From the NCBI RefSeq assembly GCF_009914755.1, contig NC_060928.1: a DNA stretch of 64,000 nucleotides; one strand, given 5' to 3'. The notes beneath the pieces were generated by a model. The model searched no databases. It was not told the origin of the DNA and saw only the letters and a program-made list of their open reading frames with translations. Numbering within the stretch: position 1 is the stretch's first letter; each line of letters starts with the position of its first letter. This DNA is from the human T2T-CHM13v2.0 reference genome, Homo sapiens. Of the stretch, positions 16,531-29,220 are shown in pieces. The position numbers were made by a program, and so were the translations under genes.

Positions 16531-17884
16531 CCAGGCCACATGTTTCACTCTGTGACCCCGCCCCAAGACAAGAGTTGACTGACTGAGGTGTGGACATCTG
16601 AATAATGTGGACCATTCAAATCTCCATCTCTTTCTGTCTCTCTGTCTGTCTTTCCCTCTTTCTTTTGAATGTTCGTGTGCATATGGATGTGCTCACAAAT
16701 TTCAACTTAGAGGAAGGGGAAAAGGCGATGCTATGAATTGGGAGCTAACTTACGTCCATAAAGGTCCAGTTGGAAGTTTCAGAAGTTCTGCTGTTGAGGT
16801 CTTGGGAGCTCCTATTACAATACCATCACAGTTTAATTTTTTCCTTGGCTTTAATGGTATTCCCCCAGCATGATTCAAATAAATTCTCAGTTTTGGGGAT
16901 TGTGTGTTAGTTAGCTCAGTGAAATTGCTGTCCTTTGCAATTAAAAAAAACAATGCATACAGATTATATGTGCTATTTAACTGATTCAGTAATTACTCTT
17001 TATAGTTTGGTGTACAAGATATAGTCATATGGCAGTACTTTTACCTCATGAGCTACTAATTAGTTCCATGTGGAATACTTCAAAATACTTTTGAAATTGT
17101 CCAAGTTAGAAATATGTTCTAACAGTCATATTAATGAATATAGGAAAATACTTGTGTTCTAGAAAACCAGGCCAAGTGACATTTGTGAAATGTAGGAAAG
17201 AAACAAATAAGGGACCAGATCATAGATTTCTTCACTCATTATAAGGGCAATTTGATTAAATCTTAATAATTAGTAATTATTTTGTAAAATATCAAAATTG
17301 ATTTTTAAATTGTAAAGTTTGAATTTGGAATTACATTTTTGCATGGAAATTTAGATTTTTTTCCAGGAAATAAGTGGCTATTTATAATTAACTAACATTA
17401 TTCATAAATTATTTTTATGAGTTATTTTGTATATTTTTTGCAGACATTTTCATTTTTGTCAAGTAGGATAATCGTGTCAAGTTGAAGTACTTAAAAATAA
17501 AGAAATAAACTCTATTATGGGTTAAGAAGACATTTTCTTCTCAGTGGCTGCGTGTCTAGTTATTCTTCTTATAAAATACGTTTACTCAAAACAAGGATTA
17601 TGTGTGATTTCATCTGTGCCAATTCTAAATAGAAATATCATTATAAACCTAATGTCAAATTCTAATCACATTTGAAAATTTTTAGAACAGCTTCATTTGT
17701 TTGAAGAAATACAAGGAAAAAATCCATCCCCCCATTCTCTCAAATGCATAGTATTGACAAATTAAAAAAAAAAACTTTTGAAAAGGATACAAAATAAAAC
17801 AAAGGGAATATTAGAGGATTTCTCTAAATGAAAGGAAGGATGACTGATTCTGGTAGTCTTTGTCCTCCAAAGATACACTTATTA

Positions 17885-17995
17885 CTTAGTTCAACTATAT
17901 TTATGAATTGTCTACCATAATCCAGGTGCTGGGCTTGGCACTGGAGATTAGGGTAGAAAAGAAAGGCTCAGTGTCTGCTTTTACGGCTTCTAAGA
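17885..17995 (-). mobile_element. L2 3'-end fragment
   Basis: ATTTATGAATTGTCTACC..CCAGGTGCTGGGC..GGCACTGGAGAT typical antisense L2 terminus. Confidence 0.5.
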
Positions 17996-18874
17996 GATTT
18001 TAGGACAGCAAAGATCATTATTGACATTGCCAGAAATGTTTGCTGAGAACATCAAGAATTGGTATCTAAGATTCTATATAAAGGGATAAAACTAAACAGA
18101 CAGACAAAATCTCAAATATAAAAGATAAAATATCGCAAGTTGGCACCATTGAATGGAGGACGAAATTCTCCTACATCCAAAACACTTTAAGCAAGACTGC
18201 TTTCTGGCTAAATACTATAGTGGCATTCATAATAATTCCAAGTCATCACTTTTAAAAAATGACTCTAAGTCATTATCCAGCAACTCTGTTCCCTTGGCGA
18301 ACATCTGTGTAACTAATATGTATTAAGTGACTATTGAATGCCGGAAACTGGTCTAGCAATGAGAATTAGCAATAAACTAGACAGATGAAATCTATGTTCA
18401 TGGAGTAAATGTTTTATGCATGTAAAATGTATATAAAGCTTATTTAAGAAGAAAAAATAGAGTCTAATATAACTGTTATCATGAGAACCTGGAATTTTGT
18501 GTTGGTTATTTAAAAATTTGCTTTAATTTTCTCCCCCAAATATTGAAAATATGCCCAATTTCTTTTAAGAACATCTTAGCACAGATCGTTAGTGGCTTAA
18601 ATGACTTAAAATGAATTTTAGAACCAAATTTACACACAATATTTGAAGAGACATGTTTTATGATAGCAATGAAACATTTTGTTTGAAACATTCTTGTAAA
18701 TATAGGTAAGAAAAAGGGAAGTATTTTGAAGATTTACTCCTTTAACCAATCCAATCTTTTTTCTAAAATACTGCCTCCACAGTTGTCTGCATAAATTTAT
18801 TCTTTGTCAAAATTACTTATTGCTAGTCCTTAAAAATTATGTGCCTTCTAATTATATTAGATTTTCCAATCCCT

Positions 18875-21800
18875 GGAGCCAAGGTGGTGAGTACTACCAG
18901 AAGTGTCTGTCACATTTCTCCCTCTCTCTCAACCACAGTAACAGACTGTGAAGGCCAGTGTAAGTGTTTTGAACTCAAGTAACCAAGAGAGAAGATGTGC
19001 TCTTTGATACTACAGACAAGGCAGCAATAGGGCCATGAAAGAAGAATGTTAAAAGGTGTTTCATGTATAATGAAATCCCCCTGGAAATAATATCAGATGA
19101 ACTAAGGGACTATGTAAATCAACTTTCACCTGATGTGCATTGCCTTATTTTTAATTACCTCCTTCTGTAGGATATCATGTGTATGGAATGTTTTCAGAAA
19201 GCTAAAGAAAGCAATGTCCTTGTATCTGAGAGTTGTGAAGGTTGTGGGTCCTGTGCAGAGTGGTGGTGAAAATACATCCCAAGTGGCTTTACAGATTTCC
19301 AGTTTTCCAACACTTTAATAAGATGTCAGACATCAAACAACTACATGGCCTTCACCCTAGATACCTTGAGAGGTGGAGAGTACAAGACCATGAGACATTT
19401 AGCATTCTAGGAGTCCTAGAAGCTTTGCAAGCATATCCAAAGTTACTAGATGTGGAAACCTCTCATTTGTAGTTGGCAGAGTCCATTTGGACAAATATGG
19501 CACATGTTCTGTAGGTTACCTACAGCATAACCTACTGCCGCTGTGGGTTATATTTTAGGGAAATTCTTGTAATGAATGATGAATCATTTCTGACTCCTCC
19601 TGAAAATAAACTGAAAATTTCTATGAGATCCAGAATAAAAACTTCATGTTTAGTAGGGGTAAATGTTCCTGAAATTCTTTATAGTTCAACCCTCAGACAC
19701 CTCTATTTGGAGTAGTTAAAAGTTACTAAACCACTGCTGTTTAAAAGCTTTCTGTGCATCAGCTTAAGATCTTTCATCATGAGGAAATGTAAAGGACCCT
19801 TAAATTCCTGAAAATACATCTTTTTAGTAACATATTTAGCCTCTTCCTGAAACTAGGAACACCTAGAAATGGTTCCAGTTCCTTTCATTGTAGGTCTCAT
19901 CTGATATGTAATTGGAGGCAGTTAGAGATCACATGATTTTAGAAATTTGTGCAGTATTGTTTGGGGAGTTTGCAAAAATGCTCTTAAAAAAGATCTTAGT
20001 TCTTCACCCTCACTGCCCTGTAGCTTACATAAAGTTTGAATCCAGCATTCCTGAACCAACAGTTATGTCTTTTTTTTTCATTAAGATGTCAGAGTTGAAG
20101 TTCTACAAGTGTGAAACCCACCATCTGGGATATGTAGATGAGTGAGCTGCAGAGCAGAATGGCTGATGCAGATCTGGTAAAGTATGGTTTGACTGATGTG
20201 GTAGAATATCCTGGTATCATCATCATTATAGGAATAAAGGTAATCAATGAAGTTTTTCCTATATCAAATATCTGTAATTTATAACTGTCTTATCTATATA
20301 AACCATACTATTGGATCTCAGACCACTCGAGATGGAATTGATTGGTTAATATCAGCCTAGTTCAGTGCCATATACTGAAGCCTGATTCCTTCGGCCAGTT
20401 TATTGAATTGTTGCCCAGTTGGAGTTTATTTGACTGGACTATATTGTTTCGTCAACCACTCAAGGGCTATACTTGAGTTTGCTTTAGTGCAGGCATAGGA
20501 ATTTGGGTTTCCTTGGCCCTTGTTAGCAAATAGATCTCCAAGAGTAACAACGATAATAATGCCCAGAATAATAATGCCAACATCCCAAGACAACAATTGC
20601 CATCACAAAGATAACTCAAATGAGGACAATGACTTTCAGCAAGACCTGCAACCAGGACAGCAGCAGTTTGCACCTGACACGTTGAATGAGATGGAAGACA
20701 AGTGCAAGAAGATGGAGAGGTGGTGGCTGAGAGTGGAAGTAATACTCCAGCTAATAGGCAATTATTTTTGTGAATACTAATGAGAAATAAGCAGGACCCA
20801 GTAGTCTTCAGTATGGAGTAAAACCAACATCAGTTACTGTTCATTATTCAGAGTGATGATGAAAAAGACAACCTAGAACTTCAAGAAGTCTGGACTCTTA
20901 AGAAGGGTGCTTGTCAATTACTCTGAGCTTAAATTACAAATCAGAGAGTCAGTATAGTCCATAGCATTGTCAGACGTTGCCAAAACAAAGTCACACCATG
21001 CCATGAAGCCGAAGTAGATGGCAGATAACCCCATCAGTGTCAGTGATCCTGTGATAAAGGGTGACCATGTGCATGTCTTTGTATTAAAATCCAAAAATCT
21101 TGTGGAAATAATTATGACAAACTATGAAGTCACAGATCTAGTGCTGAAAAACTGTTTCAAGATGAGATTCATTCATATTATGAGGCACAAGTTACTGAAA
21201 CATCTAAAAATAGAAAATGCACAAATTGTAAATTAATTTGACTATGTACAATACAAAAAACTAAATATGGATTACACATTAGACTAGATACTAAGGATGC
21301 CTCCTGAAAGAAATCATATCATATACCTATGCCCAATGTAGCAGGTAAACGCACTACCTTTGGAGCAGAAGTTATTCAGTGGTCTCTACCCCTGTCTATC
21401 ATATCTGTATTATCCATGAATTCAGTAACCCTCCCAATATCTGGAACAAAGAGTGGATTTGCAGCTGAATAGACACAATAGAAAACATCAATCAAGCATT
21501 TGTTAAGTATGAACACTTCCATGAAGCCACTTAAAATGAAGATCACTTCCCTTTCACTGCTCCTGAGTACCCCTGGGAATGAAAAATGTATATTTAGAAA
21601 GTGCTGTGGTTGGAGCTTCCTGGCTGAGGTCACTATAGCTGCAGAGTCCAACAGCTTTGCCTATATGAATTTGAAAATAGTGAAGCGAACACCGTCCATG
21701 CTCCTTGAAGGAAACTATCTGTAGATTTTTGTATTAAAATAATAGAAGAAGAAATTCCTAAGACCCAGCCCATGAAAATGGTCATGAGCAAGTGGTGGCA

Positions 21801-22883
21801 ATTTGCATCCAATATTGTGTTAATGCAGAGCCAATTGAAATGACTACATTTGATTGGTTCCTTCTGCTTTCCAGCAATTCTGGCAGAAAGCAGATGCCAG
21901 CCAGGGTTATTCAGCAGCCAGAGTACAGTAAATCCTCACTTACTGTCTTGATAAGTTCTTGGAAACTGTAACTTTAATCAAAATGAGGTGCAATGAAGCA
22001 AATTTTAACATAGACTAATTGATGTAAACAAGAGTTAAGTTCCTACAGCATATTTCTGGTCACAAAAACATCACCAACTTCTAAATGAAGAGCAAAACAC
22101 TTCTAATATTAAACATTAAAGTAAGCGTGTGCTATACAGACATTTAAGACAGATTAATAAAAACAAGCAAGGTAATTATTGTACCCACTTACTCCAGTTT
22201 AGAGTTGCAGGTGGCTGGAGTCTCTCTCTATAGCTCAGGGTACAAAGTGGGAATTTACCCTGGACAAGATGCCATCTTATCACAGGGTGCACTCACACAC
22301 ACCCATATTCACTCAGACAGGGACCACTGAGACACACTAATTATTGTAACGTGTATAGCTTTGAGATGTAGGAGGAAACTAGAGTACTCAGAGAAAATCC
22401 TTCAGACATGGGAAGAATGTGCACACCACACAGACAGTGGCCTCAATGGTAATCGATTTATTTAGTTTTATCATCAATGTTATAAGGAATCAACACTCAA
22501 CAAAACAGTGTTATTTGAGGATCTGCTGTGTTCCACAGGGACTCGAGTCATGCAGCTTGGAGGTCCTGCCTCAGTTTGTTATACAGAAGATGCATAAGGA
22601 GCATTGAAATTGTATGCAAAGGTTTACACATAGAGGAAATAAAATGACATTTCCTAAAGGAATAACCTTATACCATATGTTTATATAATTTAATTTAAAA
22701 ATTGATTTTAATGAAGGCAGATAATTTGAAAGATTGCTCATATTTTCTGACAGTTGATAAAATGCCATTTTTTGACTGAGTCTGCATTTACTCTGTTCTT
22801 AATAAGCATTCCGTTAAATCTGTATATTTTTCTTATAGAGTGAAGCTCAGTAAATCTGATGAAGAGTGAAAGATAAATAAATC
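18875..22883 (+). pseudogene. FBXO38: Processed (retro)pseudogene of F-box protein 38; CDS remnant 19027-21853
   Basis: Intronless, colinear match to recalled FBXO38 protein from N- to C-terminus: 19027 ATA GGG CCA TGA = (M)[27 protein letters not shown]; [21 protein letters not shown]; [10 protein letters not shown]; [14 protein letters not shown]; [21 protein letters not shown]; ends VVAI..DYI-TGA at 21853. Lost ATG, many stops and frameshifts. A-rich tail 22869-22883; TSD 16/19 at 18856-18874 and 22884-22902. Confidence 0.95.
21926..22528 (+). mobile_element. MER6A-type Tigger (Tc1/mariner) non-autonomous DNA transposon
   Basis: TA|CAGTAAATCCTC..GAGGATCTGCTG|TG inverted termini, about 603 bp, internal SINE-like segment (GATGTAGGAGGAAACTAGAGTACTCAGAGAAAATCC); orientation relative to consensus uncertain. 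Confidence 0.8.
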
Positions 22884-23364
22884 ATTAAATTTGACAATCC
22901 CTATAGACATACAGAGGATTGGATATATTCTTCTTAGCAACTGTTTAGGCTTTTTGATGTTTTCAAAGATGATGTAACTGGAAGAAACAATGCTTGAGAT
23001 ATAGCAGAATATTTCATCATTTTCACCTTACAGCACAGAAGCAATTTGTCAATGACTCTATACTACGTACCCTGAAGCGTGACCTCCAATAACAATCAGT
23101 GTTTATTGCCAGAAAGCAGATTTGAAATATGGTTGAAAGCAGAAAAGCAGAGATGTTCAGGGTTGAATCTCTTGTGTCCTCTGAATGCAGAAACTTCGTT
23201 TTGAATATTCTTTAGCTGTAAGACCTACTTTCCATAGTCTTTCTGCTCCTATGATTCCAATTGTGCAACCTGCATTTTATAAGCATGCTTTAAAAATATG
23301 TGTTAAACATTTGGTTAGATATTCAATATGACTTTTATTTAATTATTAGAAGTATCTACCCATC

Positions 23365-23744
23365 TTTATGGACTGAGTTGCATCTCCCCAAAATTTGTAT
23401 ACTAAAGTCATAACTCCCATTATCTCTGAATGTGACCACATCTGGAGATAAGATCTTTAAATAAGTAAATTAAAATGAGGTTACTAGGAATATGACTAAT
23501 GACCTAATATGAAAAATATCCTTATAAGAAGAGGAAATGTGGACACAGCATGTGTAGAGGTAAGACTATGAGAAGACACTAGGACAAGATGGCCATCTAT
23601 AAGTCAAGGAGAAAGGCCACAGAAGAGAGCAACACTGCCCAAACCTTATGGACTTCTAGCATCCAGAATGAAAATAGAAATTTCTATTGTTTAAGCCATT
23701 CAGTTAATTATACTTCGGTATGGCAGCCCTAGCAAACAAATACA
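23365..23744 (+). mobile_element. MLT1B-like MaLR solo LTR
   Basis: TTATGGACTGA..CTGAATGTGACC..CTTATAAGAAGAGGAAA..GGCAGCCCTAGCAAACAAATACA. Confidence 0.85.
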
Positions 23745-23849
23745 TCATCTTTATTCTATTTTATCCAGTCCCAGAGATGGGTTTTTTCCTCCAGTCACGA
23801 CCGTGATCTCATTTTCTCCTGTCTCCACCTAGAACATTGCTAATCAGTT

Positions 23850-24370
23850 ATACCTTCATTCATCTGTCTTCACTTTCTCTCTACTTACATGTTCCTCTCA
23901 ATTTGCTTAACTTTTCTGCCACCATCTTTTGACTCTATCTTTACTTTCTTTATTATCTCCACTTTTCAGAATAGTAATCTGTACTGAGTAAAACCACTCA
24001 CATCACCCATCTACCAGTCAACCTGGTGGAGTCAGGATTATACAATAGCCCTCTATTTATAATAATTTATTCTTGTTAAGGTCTCCAATGATCTAATGGA
24101 TAAATACAGTGGTTACTTTTTAGTCATTAATTTATTTTATCTTCTTGAAGTTTAGCTTGATCTCCTTAAAACTCTCCAATGGTTACCATATTTTTTTTTC
24201 ACTGTTTAATCAAGTAATCTATTCTCTTCCGGAAGCCCATCACCTTTGAAGTGTTGGTATCATTTGTGTTTCTCTCTCTGGCCATCTTCTCTACCTTCTT
24301 AATACTGTATTCTTAGGCAGTCTCAGCCATTCTAATGACTTTATTGATGGCCTGATCACCAATATGTTAA
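23850..24370 (+). mobile_element. L2 LINE fragment
   Basis: Pyrimidine-rich L2 ORF motifs (CTTGTTAAGGTCTCCAATGATCT, AAATACAGTGGTTACTTT); heavily diverged. Confidence 0.55.
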
Positions 24371-24371
24371 T

Positions 24372-24929
24372 GATCTAGAACCAGAAATACCATTTGACCC
24401 AGCAATCCCATTACTGAGTATACACCCAAAGGATTATAAATCATTCTACTATAAAGACACATGCACATGTATGTTTATTGCAGCACTATTCACAATAGCA
24501 AAGACTTGGAGCCAACCCAAATGCCCATCAATGATAGACTGGATAAAGAAAATGTGACACATACACACCATAGAATACTATGCAGCCATAAAAAAGGATG
24601 AGTTCATGTCCTTTGCAGGGACATGGATGGAGCTGGAAACCATCATTCTCAGCAGACTAACACAGGAACAGAAAACCAAACACCACATGTTCTCACTCAT
24701 GAGTGAGAGTTGAACAACGAGTACGCATGGACACAGGGAAGGGAACATCACACTCCAGGGCCTGTAGCGGGGTGGGGGGCCAGGGGAGGGATAGCATTAG
24801 GAGAAATACCTAATGTAGATGATGGGTTGTTGGGTGCAGCAAGCCACCATGGCACATGTATACACATAAACCTGCACATTCTGCACATGTATCCCAATAC
24901 TTAAAGTATAATAATAATAAAAAAAGAAA
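24372..24929 (+). mobile_element. L1PA (about PA7) 3' fragment
   Basis: GATCTAGAACCAGAAATACCATTTGACCCAGC.., G-rich 3'UTR tract, TTAAAGTATAATAATAATAAAAAA tail. Confidence 0.95.
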
Positions 24930-25769
24930 TTTCAAGAGATCTGAATTTTTTTTTTTGCTGACTTGAGGAATTAGACATTCTGAACATTGTGGATAATAAA
25001 TGCTTATCTTCTCAATTTCAGAACATGTTAGAAAAAGTAGAGAAGATTAAAAAACATTTTAAATAATTACACGGAGCAAACATGAGTTAATGTTTCTAAT
25101 TTCATTTTATTGTTACTGCTATTACAGTAAGAAAGACCACAGTGTAGCAGTGCAACATAATTCTACTAAAAGGTCAAAGTCTTCCCTTTTAAAGTTTGTA
25201 ATACCTGATATACACTAAATGTCTAGTACACTAAAAGATTTCAGGTATGTGTTTGCTCAAAATATATTTAGTAACAGCTTAATATAAATTAAATACTTTT
25301 CAGATTGATCCTATTTGTAGTATATTAATTGTATTTCTATAGCAGTTGGAGGAATTGTTCCTCTTTCTGAGGAAATTCTACAGTTAATAAACCATGAAAC
25401 TGTGAGTTGTTTAAGTACTAATAAGCTCACTAAACAGGGTTTTATGAACAGCTGTTATCTATGTTGTGCCAGATGATACCAAGTAACTTTCTGAGGAATA
25501 CATTTTTTTATGTAATGAGGCTTAATATATTAAATTACAATTCAGAATGTATAATTATTGTTTTTCCTTTCCCCTGGACAGTACCCTACATCACTACATA
25601 GCCCCCTGAGGCGGTTGTGGGGGGGGCGGGGGTGGTATGAGGAAAACGTTTACACAGAAGGAAACATTTGAAGACAATTTTTTAATAAACAGAATAACAT
25701 GAAGCATGGGCATTAGAATTAGGTGGAACAAGGTCCAATAATTATATCTAGAACATATTCACTCTTTCA

Positions 25770-26360
<591 letters not shown>

Positions 26361-26527
26361 ACCTTTATCAATGAGAAAGGCTATATTGGAGAACGTTCCT
26401 TCACATCTGTGATAGAAGTGGATTCAACACCACATGTCAGTCTAAGGACAACTTTCCCCTCAGTCTCAGGCAGCATTAAACAATGGATGCCTCTTACGTG
26501 GAAGCTGGATGCTATGAAAGTTATGTT

Positions 26528-26830
26528 GGCTGGACGTGGTGGCTTAGGACTTTAATTCTAGTACTTTGAGAGGCCGAGGTGGGTGGATTGCCTGAGCTCA
26601 GGAGTTTGACACCAGCCTGGGCAACATGGTGAAACCCTGTTTCTACTAAAATACTAAAAATTAGCCAGGAGCGGTGGCACTCACCTGTCGTCCCAGCTAC
26701 TGGGGAGGCTGGGGCAGGAGAATCGCTTGAACCCAGGAGGTGGAGGTTGCAGTGAGCCATGAGCCAAGATGGTGCCACTGCATTCTAGCCTGGGCAACAG
26801 AACAAGACCCCGTCTCAAAAAAAGAAAAAA
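26528..26830 (+). mobile_element. Alu SINE (AluSz/Jb-like)
   Basis: GCCTGAGCTCAGGAG..CTGGGCAACATGG; TSD AAAGTTATGT at 26517-26526 and 26831-26840. Confidence 0.95.
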
Positions 26831-27339
26831 AAAGTTATGTCATGGAGATGCTGACAACACCACTATGTTCAGGTAGGCAGGGTCCCCAAAGAAGAAGAGT
26901 ATGAGCTACGCATCCACATTTCCTCTCCCAAACTTACTAATAAAATAAGCTACTTCTCAACTTCTAAAGCAAGGAAGCTACTCCTGTCTCTGAAGCATAG
27001 AGAGGCCAAGAATATTACTCCAGGTGGTGTACCTTCAGGTAGAAGTATCTCAGGGGAAAGGCAGCTCCCCTTCCTCCCAAAAGGTTCATACTTTGGTATA
27101 TTCTGTTATTACAGCTACTAGGCAGCATTCTGGGTTTTTTCTGCCTATTTAAAATGCTATAGTAGTGAGCTCTTTCTATAACTTCCATAACTTCATTTGG
27201 AAAACCCTTTTCATCCCTTTTTGTTCATTGAAACTTGATCAATGTTTAATGTTCTGTCATCTAAATTGCATGAGACTCTCTCTCCTTTCTCCTGCCCCCA
27301 AGAATATCTGTTTCACCAAAACAAATGCCTATAGCTTAG

Positions 27340-28070
27340 TCAAGGGCATGGAGCAAGAAGTGGGTGAGCAGATTTTGGCATCAGGCAAACAGGACTGCAA
27401 ATCCTGGCCCTGCCACTCATTAGCTATGAGAAATGAGGTAAAGAAATAAAAATTTTAAGTTCTGTTTTCCTCATCTGTAAAATAGAGTTGTATTAGTTTT
27501 CTTTGATCCTATAACAAATAGTCACAAATTTAGGGGCTTAAGACAATACAATTTATTGTCTTAGCAGTTCCAGATGTCAGAAATCTAAAATGAATCTCAC
27601 ATACAGAAATCAAGGAATGGACAGGGCTGTTTTTCTTCCAGAGGCTCTAGGGGATGATCTGTTTCCTTGCTTTTTCCAGCTTTTGGAGACCATCTGTCTT
27701 CCTTTACTACTGGCCCCTTCCTCCTTCAAAGTTCATTATTCCAACCTCCACTTTTATTATCATCTCCTTTTTTAAACTTTGACCTTCCCTCTTATAAGGA
27801 CCCTTATGATTACCTTAGACCCATCTGGATAATTCAGGAAAATCTCCCCATTTTTTGATTCTTAACTTAATCACACTAACAATGTTCCTTTTTGCCATGG
27901 GGGGGAACACCATATTTACAGATTTTGGTGATGAGACTGTGGACTTCTTTAGGGGTTAGCCTAAAATGAGGATTATAATAGTATCATTTATATGCTTGTT
28001 ACAAAGATTAAATGAGATAGTGCCTAAAAGAAGTGTATAATATGGTAATCTTTCAATTAATATTATTATT
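27340..28070 (+). mobile_element. MIR split by an MLT1 LTR (pieces at about 27340-27489 and 27961-28070)
   Basis: AAATCCTGGCCCTGCCACT..TTTCCTCATCTGTAAAAT before the LTR; AAGATTAAATGAGATA after it. Confidence 0.65.
27490..27960 (-). mobile_element. MLT1C/D-like MaLR solo LTR
   Basis: TGTATTAGTTT..ATAACAAA..CCAGAGGCTCTAGGGGA..CTTATAAGGACCCTTATGATTAC..GGATAATTCAGGA. Confidence 0.85.
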
Positions 28071-28077
28071 TTAACTT

Positions 28078-28548
28078 TCTTAATTTATTTTTAATTGATA
28101 AGTAAAATTGTATAAATTTATTGTGCACAACATATTGTTTTGAAATATGTATACATTGTGGAATGGCTAAATTGAGCTAATTAACTTACATTACTTTGCA
28201 TACTTATTTTTTGGTAGTAAGAAGAATTAAAATCTACTCTCTTAGCAAAAACTTTGAAGACTACAGTATGTTGTTATTAACGGTAGTCACCACGTTTTAC
28301 AATAGATCTCTTGAACTTCTTCCTCCTATCTAACTAAAATTTTGACCAATATCTCCCACCACCCTGACTCCAGTCCCTGGTAACTGACATTCTACTCTAT
28401 ACTTCCCTGAGTTCAACATTATCAGATTCCTTATATAAGTGAGATCATACAGTATGTGTCTTTCTGTGTCTGGTTTATTTCAGTCATTGCAATCTCCTCC
28501 AAGTTCATTCATGTTTCAAAAGTGACTGGGTTTCCTTCTTTTTTAAGG
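28078..28548 (-). mobile_element. L1MA8-like 3' fragment
   Basis: TTTTGAAATATGTATACATTGTGGAATGGCTAAAT..ATAAGTGAGATCATACAGTAT antisense L1M 3'UTR. Confidence 0.88.
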
Positions 28549-28689
28549 TAATATTACTATTTTTAAGAGTCTTGCTGCTGCTGTTGTTTGAAACCACAAA
28601 GAATAAATAATTTGAGTCACATAATTCAACATTTCATTTTATACTGTAATATACTGCGTGATTACATTTAATTTGCTTTAGTGTTGTCC

Positions 28690-29220
28690 AGCGAATATTA
28701 GTCATTCCTCTTCAGAAACTCTTTTCCAGAATTTTAGGGAATATCTGGACTTCCATAGTAGGAAGTGGCCATGGAAGGAATTCTACCAAGAGAGGAATTT
28801 CTATGTGAAATTTCCAGTCTCTTTTTCTGCTAAGGTGAAGGCACATAGTTTAGGCTCTGCCAATCAGATGCATCTGTGCTGAATGTTGAATCAGAAGATA
28901 ATGAGGTCCAAATGGAAGCTCTGTGTGGGAACCATTTCGGTGAAGCTGATGGCAACCCATCTAGTTTCCAGAGAAACAGTGCAAGAGGTTCAGGCTGGAG
29001 AATCCACAGCGCATCACCCTCAGGACTCTAGCCACAAGCCACAGTGTCTGGCCCTGTGGTAGCAGTAGCATCTCCCCACAAACAATACTTCAGTGTGATC
29101 TGTGGCACAGTTTCTGGTTTCACAGCCCCCAACCTTGGCATCTCAGGAAATTAGGAAGGGTATCTGATATCCTGCTTAAAACAGATAAACATTGTTTCTT
29201 CAAAAACTACAAACTCAGAC
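28690..29220 (+). mobile_element. ERVL LTR (LTR33-like)
   Basis: GGCTCTGCCAATCAGATGCATCTG..TTGAATCAGAAG and a CCTGCTTAAA..TGTTTCT 3' motif; diverged. Confidence 0.55.

Noticed and set aside
19133-21724. Several ORFs as a possible functional FBXO38 retrogene
   Set aside because: Start ATG mutated to ATA, stop at codon 4, and numerous stops and frameshifts throughout
25608-25642. G-rich tract as a G-quadruplex or promoter
   Set aside because: Short and isolated; no CpG island or other promoter evidence
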